NCBI GenBank assembly: GCA_937867195.1
Contig: CALMKY010000130.1
Location: forward strand, 1 to 35,206
Direction: 5' to 3'
Length of the DNA: 35,206 nt
Origin: an uncultured Saprospiraceae bacterium
GTDB taxonomy: Bacteria; Bacteroidota; Bacteroidia; Chitinophagales; Saprospiraceae
Shown: piece by piece, positions 35,067 through 35,206 of the stretch
Layout of the letters: each line of letters opens with the position of its first letter
Numbering within the stretch: the stretch's first letter is position 1
Notes under the pieces: generated by a model
The model's database searches: none
Seen by the model: the letters and a program-made list of their open reading frames with translations, nothing else
What the model was told of the DNA's origin: nothing
Translations under genes and position numbers: made by a program

Positions 35067-35206
35067 TTCTTCCGGTTGTAATCTGATGATCGTTAGATGA
35101 TGGGATCTTAAGTACCCTTGTGCAAAAATAACCTGTAGACTTAACCGGAGTTATCAGAGTTTTCCATTAGCTTCACCAAATAAAAAACTTTTCATGTCAA
35201 GATATA

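Noticed and set aside
1-35206. CRISPR arrays, rRNA/tRNA genes, IS elements, integrases, toxin-antitoxin pairs and known phage-defence genes
   Set aside because: I scanned for regularly spaced direct repeats, structured-RNA hallmarks and DDE, tyrosine or serine recombinase motifs in the ORF translations, and recognised none.

Overview
This 35.2-kb window looks like chromosomal DNA from a Bacteroidota-type genome. Supporting signs are moderate AT-richness, no obvious Shine-Dalgarno sequences, TAnnTTTG-type -7 boxes, many lipoprotein/Sec/Tat-exported hydrolases, a CarboxypepD_reg-type TonB-dependent receptor and a PER/VEB/CblA-like class A beta-lactamase. I support about 30 CDSs at high coding density. 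I recognise no rRNA, tRNA, CRISPR array, transposase, integrase or known defence system. Most genes are housekeeping (truA, nadB, murI, galM, mnmG, fabG, an Fe/Mn SOD, a free-Met-R-sulfoxide reductase), interspersed with exported peptidases (M28, M20, M43, S45 acylase), transporters (MFS, EamA, a ModF-like double ABC ATPase) and small-molecule enzymes (MOSC, GyrI-like, DinB, Gfo/Idh/MocA). The best candidate for something undescribed is an isolated two-gene cassette on the minus strand at 16066..17559. It encodes a small 2-TM protein followed by a 16-Cys metzincin-like protein (HEMGHAGDLAH) that has no signal peptide and carries an unrecognised hydrophobic N-terminal module with roughly 11-residue periodicity. 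Other notable items are a SWIB/MDM2 protein fused to a histone-H1-like Ala/Lys/Pro repeat tail (15553..15975), a 610-bp AT-rich non-coding block with an orphan intrinsic terminator upstream of fabG (32447..33057), an apparently core-deleted DUF3782/PD-(D/E)XK-like gene inside the sod-truA gene string, a gluzincin homolog with HHxxH instead of HExxH, and an exported SOD with a KR Tat-like signal. All family assignments come from motif recognition by eye. None has been checked by database search, and the novelty claims are hypotheses.
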